Assembly (NCBI RefSeq): GCF_000181795.1
Contig: NW_003526943.1
Location: forward strand, 9,408,849 to 9,472,848
From: Trichinella spiralis
Taxonomy: Eukaryota
Direction of reading: 5' to 3'
Length of the DNA: 64,000 nucleotides
Position numbers and translations under genes: made by a program. Below the pieces are notes generated by a model. It saw only the letters and a program-made list of their open reading frames with translations. It did not search any database and was not told the DNA's origin. Within the stretch, counting starts at the first letter, position 1. Every line of letters begins with the position of its first letter. Shown piece by piece: positions 57,539 through 64,000 of the stretch.

Positions 57539-57839
57539 CTTTAACATGCAACGGTAATTATTATGCACAAGCATTTCATATTTTTATGCGTGAATGTTTT
57601 ATGAATAATCGTGGCAACTACTTGTCAAAGCATTATGTGGTATCATGTATGCATTCACGCCATGCAAATTTCAATCAACTGCAATTTTAGTCTTGAATTT
57701 TTCGTTGTTTTTTAATCATTTACTAATTCTTGAAACTGATATAGATAGCACATAACAAGTAATAAAATTGTGTGATTACATGACCCCATATACAACCATG
57801 TACCATTGATGATATGGAGTAAAACAGTTCTGACGAGAT

Positions 57840-58500
57840 GTTGAGCAGAGAAATGCTCTGCATTTCATGCAAACTTAATCAGGATAGAACAAAGCTTGCA
57901 TCTTCAGCGTTTCTTGTCATATTGTGGCCACTTGATCTTTTCGGTAATCAGCTCGTACCTCACTGTGAACAGACCTGGACGTTGATGGTATATCAGCTCC
58001 TTGAGGAAGTCCTGTTCTCCTGGGTGGTTGCTCTCTTGGATCAAAGCAATCTTGTTGGTGAAGCAGAACGACTCACTGACATCCGTTATATATGCAGGTA
58101 AATACATTGCTTGCTTGAATCGATTCCTTTGAGCTTGCACTCCGTTTTGTACAGTATCTATCAGTTTGCCGCTGCAATGTTGTCTAACCAGAAAAAAGAT
58201 GCACCTTGTCCAATTTTTACTTTTATAGTCGACACGCTAAAGGTCTGATAGCACGTTATTCAAATCGACGCCACCCATATGAAGATTGTAGTTTTTGACA
58301 ATATCTGGCACTAAAACCTCCATAACTTTTCACTGCTTTCAGCCCAATCGTTGTTTTTTATGCACTGGATTGACACTAAAATACGTTGATGCCATTATCA
58401 CCATGTGACTGTCATACCAAGCAACGGCAGTGATCCCAGTTTTATTTTCTGTTCGAAAATCCACAGCTCCTCTTCCGTTTGCTCTGTTTGCTCGCGTTGT
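57840..58500 (-). mobile_element. piggyBac transposase remnant
   Basis: GRGAVDF, AVAWYDSHMVIMASTY, PDIVKNYNLHMGGVDL and decayed C-terminal Cys-rich segment; multiple stops and frameshifts. Confidence 0.88.
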
Positions 58501-58824
58501 TTACAGCGATACGGACAAGTGAGAAGGTTTTTTTGTTCAACAGAAAAACAGAAATAAAAGGATGCAGTCATTTAATGTAAACCAAATTTAAAACCAATAA
58601 CTTGATGTTGTGAGCACTTCATACACGGTCACAGTGAAATTAATTTAACCATTTTATAATGACAGAAAAAGTCGCAGAGTTACATGAAACATTTGTTGTT
58701 TACTTTTTTATCAATAATTTTATCAAAATAGAGACAGATGAACGTTAATTTAATAAATTTTGCTAAAATGTGAAAATTAATTCACAAATTATGAGTAGAT
58801 ATGAGAAAAAAAGTCAAACGCCTG

Positions 58825-59463
58825 TTATTGTTTGTCCTGTTTTGCTTCACTCTTCTCATTGTTGGCCATGTCTTCGGTTGATTCTTCTTCCTCAGATTCT
58901 TCGTCATTATCATTTGACTGAACTATTTTGCTTGCTTGTGCAGCGGTATTGGTTTCTGCATCCTGGGGACACTGTTTTTTTTGTTCATTAATTTGTTGTT
59001 CAGTTTCTGTTTTTCTTTTAGATGAACTTTTTCTGCTTGTTTTGATCGTTTCATTTTCGAACGGTCTTCTGTAGTTCACGACAATACATCTGCGGGCGTA
59101 GATATCCGGCATATAATTCTCCTCATCCCACAGAAGTCTTGGTTCTGAGATTGATAGGTCCTCAGGTTTCACCGCGAACAGTACTGTCAGACGATCCGCC
59201 CGCATGAAATTGTACTCAACCACCTTTGGGAAATGTATTTTCACCACTGCAGACTTATGCTTTTCGATGAAGCCGTACGTTGGGTGGGCGGACATTGCAG
59301 ACGGTCTGGTGCTTTTCAAATGGAACCCGATGGTAACGTCAGTGGGGTTTGTGATTTCAAATTCAATATGGCGCCATTGTGTACACGACAGCCAAACTTT
59401 TATTTCTCGTAAAGGAAGGGAGATTTTTTTCAGCACTTTGTTGCTATCTGCTTCTGTAGACAT
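58825..59463 (-). CDS. MSP (major sperm protein)-domain protein with a charged tail
   Basis: EITNPTDVTIGFHLKSTRP..HPTYGFI..VKI..DRLTV MSP-fold motifs; intact 212-aa intronless ORF. Confidence 0.85.
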   Translation of the reverse strand: MSTEADSNKVLKKISLPLREIKVWLSCTQWRHIEFEITNPTDVTIGFHLKSTRPSAMSAHPTYGFIEKHKSAVVKIHFPKVVEYNFMRADRLTVLFAVKPEDLSISEPRLLWDEENYMPDIYARRCIVVNYRRPFENETIKTSRKSSSKRKTETEQQINEQKKQCPQDAETNTAAQASKIVQSNDNDEESEEEESTEDMANNEKSEAKQDKQ

Positions 59464-60679
59464 TTTCTCAGCAATTGTATTGTTAGAACAACTACACTGC
59501 TAAGTTGACAACCTCACATGACAATCAAAATGAACTGTGAGCAATTGAGCAGATTGTGCATATACATTGGCTCATGTATAACTTTAAACTTTTAAATATT
59601 TTAAACTGGTTTGTTTTAAAGTAATTTCTATATTTGCTTAAAGATTTACTTAAACAAATGTAGGCATAGGTTGATCGTTTTGAAAAGTGTTCAATTTCAA
59701 TTCTGCAATGTAATTTACTCAGTAATAATAATATAATAAATTTTTGTGAAATTTGTTTTATTTTGTTCTAACTTACGCTAGAAACAAAGATAGAAATTTA
59801 AAAGTTTTAATATACTGGAATATATTTTCAATAACAATTATTATTCAACTGAACTGAATTTTGGCTGATTTGTATTGCTTTGTGGGACCGTGTATTGGAA
59901 CAACGCGATCATTTGTTTTACGGTAGAATAAGTGTGAGTAAATTTTGCTCTGTTTAACGTTACTTATTTGTGGTTAAAAAACTGATAGAAGGGGTCAGCT
60001 GACACTGTCGCAATATTTTCCAATCAATGCTTGTCCTGTTTGTAAAATGCTAACAACTTTATCCGTTTGCAGCAGTTTCAAAGAGGATTCTTTAAACAGT
60101 TGCTTATGCCTTTTGAAAGAGCAAAAGCATTTGCAATTGTGTTGCTCGAGTTTGATCCGACTGTGCTATGCGTGCAGCAACATTTTGCACAACCCTACTG
60201 CGATGGTCAATGAAGGCTGCACATCACGGGACTGTTCCGTCTATTTCAAACGACAAAGATGCTGACATTTGATTTCTCCCATTCGTGAATGCGGCGACAT
60301 TTTGGATATGTTTTAATTTCTTCTGTATTTCATTTCAACGGTTTTTACAACGTGAGAATTTAAATATATAAATAACATGAAAAGCATTTTGTAGAACTGA
60401 TCTGTTGATTGACATTGCAGTACAAAATAATTGTGAAATGTAATATTCGAAGTGAGTTTGCTTAAATCAAGAGAAATATAAGCTATTTAATTTTGTGCTA
60501 GCTGCAAGTGGCAATTTTATTAAACTACTGACCAGGAATTAAAATAAATTTCAGCAACTTATGATAGATAATCTTATTCATTTTGACATTTTTACTCATC
60601 AAAGAAAGCAAACCGAACACGAAAGCATATACATAACTACCGCTACTACTGCAGTAAAACAAACATGTAGTAACTGGCT

Positions 60680-60960
60680 AGGAATCTTGCCATCGACAGT
60701 CATGTCCAAGACAAATTCCAGATGGACTGCTTTCGCTACCATGTATGTGAAACCACACACGTAGCTTCCCTTTACGAGTTAGCAGCGCCTTTGCTTTATT
60801 TATGATATCTAAACATAAATTCATAAATAGTGTCGCCGCTTCAACCAGAGTAGCAAGAAGCTGATTCAACTTTGCTGGAAGGCAAGGATTATTGCACTAC
60901 CCTAAATGAGATACTTTTGAACGCGATCATCTTTTTGACGATGTTCCATCTTGTGGAATG
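60680..60960 (-). mobile_element. BEL/Pao retrotransposon integrase remnant
   Basis: Minus frame SYVCGFTYMVAKAVHLEFVLDMT matches the BEL/Pao pattern Y.CLFTC..TRAVHLELV.D.T. Confidence 0.75.
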
Positions 60961-61679
60961 CAATACTTAAAAAGCAGTGCGATTGATCGATCACCTGCAT
61001 GCAGCTGCTGCCCTTGAATTTCACGAACTAATATTCCTACAGTTTACACAATTTTTGAAAAAGCACTGCCATTTTTTAGTGAACATGTATTTTGTAGATA
61101 TGGAAAGTGTAAAACCATACCTTTATGACATCCATATATCAAGAAACAATAAAAAAGAGCATGATAAATGATCAAAAGGTATTTCATCGGTTAGATAAAT
61201 TGGGGCTTCGTTTAAAAATAAAAAAATGCGTGTCTAAAACACTTTAAAATGCATAAGGAATGCAACCAACAAAAGAAAAATCAAATGTATTTATGAGGCG
61301 TCAATTTCACAAATGAATGTTTTTGCTAGCAGTTGATTTACATTCAAAATAGTTAGGAAGTCCTAACAGTTTTCGTAAAAGTGATTGTTATCAAATTTAA
61401 TTATTACTAATTTGTGAGAACCATTTACAGAACATGGACTGGCTAAGCCAGGATTGTTGTACAACACTACAGTATTCAGATCAAATGCAATTTATAATTT
61501 TACTTCTAATAATGAAGTGAAATAAGAGTTCACATAAACTTTTAAAACTATAAAAAGGAATGTAAAACAAACAAGGAAGTGAAATTTCACTGTAATTGTA
61601 ATTGTTGTAATTTGTATTATATTGATATTCCTTCTTGTACCTGCATATTATTAGTACTATGATGTGAATTTTTGGAAAA

Positions 61680-62070
61680 TAAATGACGGCGTTTTAAACG
61701 GTAGCAACGGTAAGTGGTCATCATATTGGACGGCATCTGACGAAATGGGCGTCTGTACCTTTTGGAATGCTTTATCAACAGTGAGTCCATTTCCAAGGAC
61801 TCCCGTATCTGAAAAGCGGTGCAAGGGCTCTACTACTTCGGCCTTGTTTAGTAAAACGTTAGTTTATATGTATGATAAAAATTCAACAGACCTAAGAAGG
61901 TTTGTCATTCGTGCTTATTTTTAGGCCGTGCAGCTTTGCGGATGGCCTCCATCTTCTTTTTAGATAGATGGCATTTTCTCAGCGTCAATACGATGGCCAA
62001 GAAACGGCTTCTGAATGTGCACTTTTCCGTTTCAGATGAATTCAGACGTCACGAAGACGATTGAACACAG
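61680..62070 (-). mobile_element. Ty3/gypsy reverse transcriptase C-terminal remnant
   Basis: Frameshifted VFNRLRD..EKCTF..FLGHRIDA..NKAEVVEPLHR..KAFQKV..SSDAV.YD..LPL. Confidence 0.8.
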
Positions 62071-62074
62071 CACC

Positions 62075-62371
62075 AGAAATCCAAGGTGTCAGGAATCCAG
62101 AAATGCTAATCAAGAAATTCGAAGAAAAATATGACCTCGTAGAAACATGGAAAGTAGCTGTCGACTACCCCAAGCTTCGAGAACTGACCAGAAACATTCT
62201 CGTTCTCTTTGGAAGCACTTGCATGTGCGAAGCAGCATTTTCACGATATACCCATTGAAACATAAGTACCGAAATCGACTAGCGAATGACAATCTGGAGG
62301 CTGGAATACGGATGATGGTCTCTAATGAAAAGCCTGATTTTGCGCGTCTTGTAGAAATGGTGCCGGAGTAA
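62075..62371 (+). mobile_element. hAT (Buster/GTF2IRD2-like) transposase C-terminal remnant
   Basis: W...YPKLRELTRNILVLFGSTCMCEAAFS, then after a frameshift LKHKYRNRL..NLEAGIR..PDFARLV (hAT dimerisation domain). Confidence 0.85.
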
Positions 62372-62559
62372 GGCGAGTCATATAGATTACCTCAAAAATT
62401 CATGTATCTTTTAAAAAGTCTAACGGCTTTTGTATTTTATTTAAATGTCTGTCATAGTAAAAGATTTTACTTAAAACAGAATTAGATATCAATGGACAGT
62501 GTGGTTGGGCAATCGCTAGGCAAACTTGGCTGAGGGTGTGTTCTAAAATGATGATAAAA

Positions 62560-63446
62560 GATACCCTGGACAATGAAGAATTTCATTACTTCATTGTTTC
62601 CAATGCAATAAGACATGTTACAATCACTCCGTATCGCCCAGCTTCAAACTGGCAGGCAGGTACAGGCACTAAAAATAATAGTAAAAGGAAACTGGAATTT
62701 ACATCTTGCCAAATTCCTGCTAAACCAACACATAACCCCAAACAGCAAAACAGGATTGAGTCCAGCAGAATTGCTAATGTACCACAGATAAAGAACAGAA
62801 AACCCGCATCTCGACAGCACTGCAATATCATGGAAAAGGGAAAATATTCATTAGAGAAATACGGAGAATTATAAGAAAATAAGAGCTTTCCACTCAAACG
62901 AACCAGTATACATCAAGAAGCACTCAGAAGAAAAGAAATACATCCCGTCAGTAATTGAAAGACTGGACCAACATCGTATAATATCCGAAAGGCCAGAAGG
63001 GGAGGTATCTCGATAGTCACGTAGACCACCGTCGTTATGCTAGTCCAGAAGAGATAAAAGACAACTCAAACGAAAGTACAGAAGTGAGATCTTCGAAAAG
63101 AGGAGGAACAGAATAGGAAGCAGAACGACTGAAATCACAACAACGTTCAGAAGCACCGAACCGAGATCGCCCAATGCGAGTTAAATATGAACCAAAATAT
63201 CTGGATAAATATGCATGCGAAATTCAGGAGGAAAGGGGTGTTGGGTAACCCGAAGAAATAAGTATTGACTAAACGCCAACAGAAAAGCCTGAAACAAGAC
63301 AGCAATCAAAAGGCAATAATGAAACAGAAATGCCTTCAGACGGCTTAGTAATTTTAGACTGATCAGTGTATGTGCTGCGTGCGTGACGATCATTTGTATG
63401 TGTGCATTTTTACTCATTAAACTTCTTCACGTTAACTCGAGACACA
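62560..63446 (+). mobile_element. Ty3/gypsy 3' remnant: integrase, polypurine tract and probable 3' LTR
   Basis: EEF..F..SNAIRHVTITPYRPASN.QA; LAKFLL.QHITP..TGLSPAELLM; PPT AGGAGGAAAGGGG 63226-63238 followed directly by TG at 63239. LTR end approximate. Confidence 0.8.
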
Positions 63447-63529
63447 ATAGATTGTTGTTTGAAGCTTCGCTGACGCTTCATCGACCAGTGATTGCTACTA
63501 TTGATTATGATTATTACTATGATTGATTG

Positions 63530-64000
63530 ACTGCGCTAGATCCAGTTTTGCAAAAATCCCAACCTTCTTCAGGGTAGCCAAAATTTCGTTGACAGCCGGG
63601 ATTTCATACAACTCTTTTCGAAACGCTTTGTTCACAGTACACTTTGATGACAGGCACAATCGACGTGGTCATGCGTGCGCTGTACAAGTTCCAAGATGCC
63701 TTGGTCAATCAGTTGATCCAATTCCTCAGAAATGCGATCTCTGAATGCAAATGGCACTCTCTGTGGGCGCATCTGGATTAGTGGTATTGATCCGTTAGTG
63801 GGAAGTGCAAATGGTGGTCTCTTCACTGTGCCAGGGCACCGGAAAATAATTCAGCATGTTCTTCTATAGATTTTTTATTGATGCCGATGGATACACATGT
63901 TTTGAATACCAACCAAACAAATACCCAACAACTCATTCCCAGTTCCTTCCCAACAGACTACAGCGTTGTCCTTTGATGACCAAAACCTTCAATGCGCTTC
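63530..64000 (-). mobile_element. Ty3/gypsy protease/RT N-terminal remnant
   Basis: RPQRVPFAFRDRISEELDQLIDQGILE and VNKA..YEIPAVNEILATL...IFAKLDLAQ; frameshifted. Confidence 0.85.

Noticed and set aside
60030..60265. Cys-rich ORF resembling a BEL/Pao gag zinc knuckle
   Set aside because: Too degenerate to call, and on the opposite strand to the nearby BEL integrase remnant.

Overview
AT-rich eukaryotic genomic DNA with many short GT-AG introns and three 10-N scaffold gaps (10-19, 31932-31941, 45624-45633). Gene content and composition suggest a nematode, probably Trichinella-like; this is inference. Genes, in order: a divergent PRORP/MRPP3-like protein-only RNase P with substituted catalytic residues, a small orphan gene, an RNF126/115-like E3 ligase head-to-head with a PH-domain gene, intron-containing tRNA-Leu(CAA), a secreted C-type lectin, a secreted PAN-PAN-TSP1 protein, a GH19 chitinase, a PP2C (ppm-2-like), a uridine phosphorylase pseudogene with an intact antisense double-WAP-like gene nested in one intron, LSm6, a retrotransposon gag fragment, tRNA-Phe(GAA), choline kinase, phospholipase B-like 2, a GT10 fucosyltransferase, a candidate amidated-peptide precursor, a serpentine GPCR and an MSP-domain gene. 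The last ~8 kb is mostly decayed transposons (piggyBac, BEL/Pao, Ty3/gypsy, hAT, possibly Helitron). Bases 20-3764 recur almost identically at 41903-45623, most likely an unmerged contig or haplotype overlap. All family calls rest on manual motif recognition and hand-spliced exons; no searches were run.
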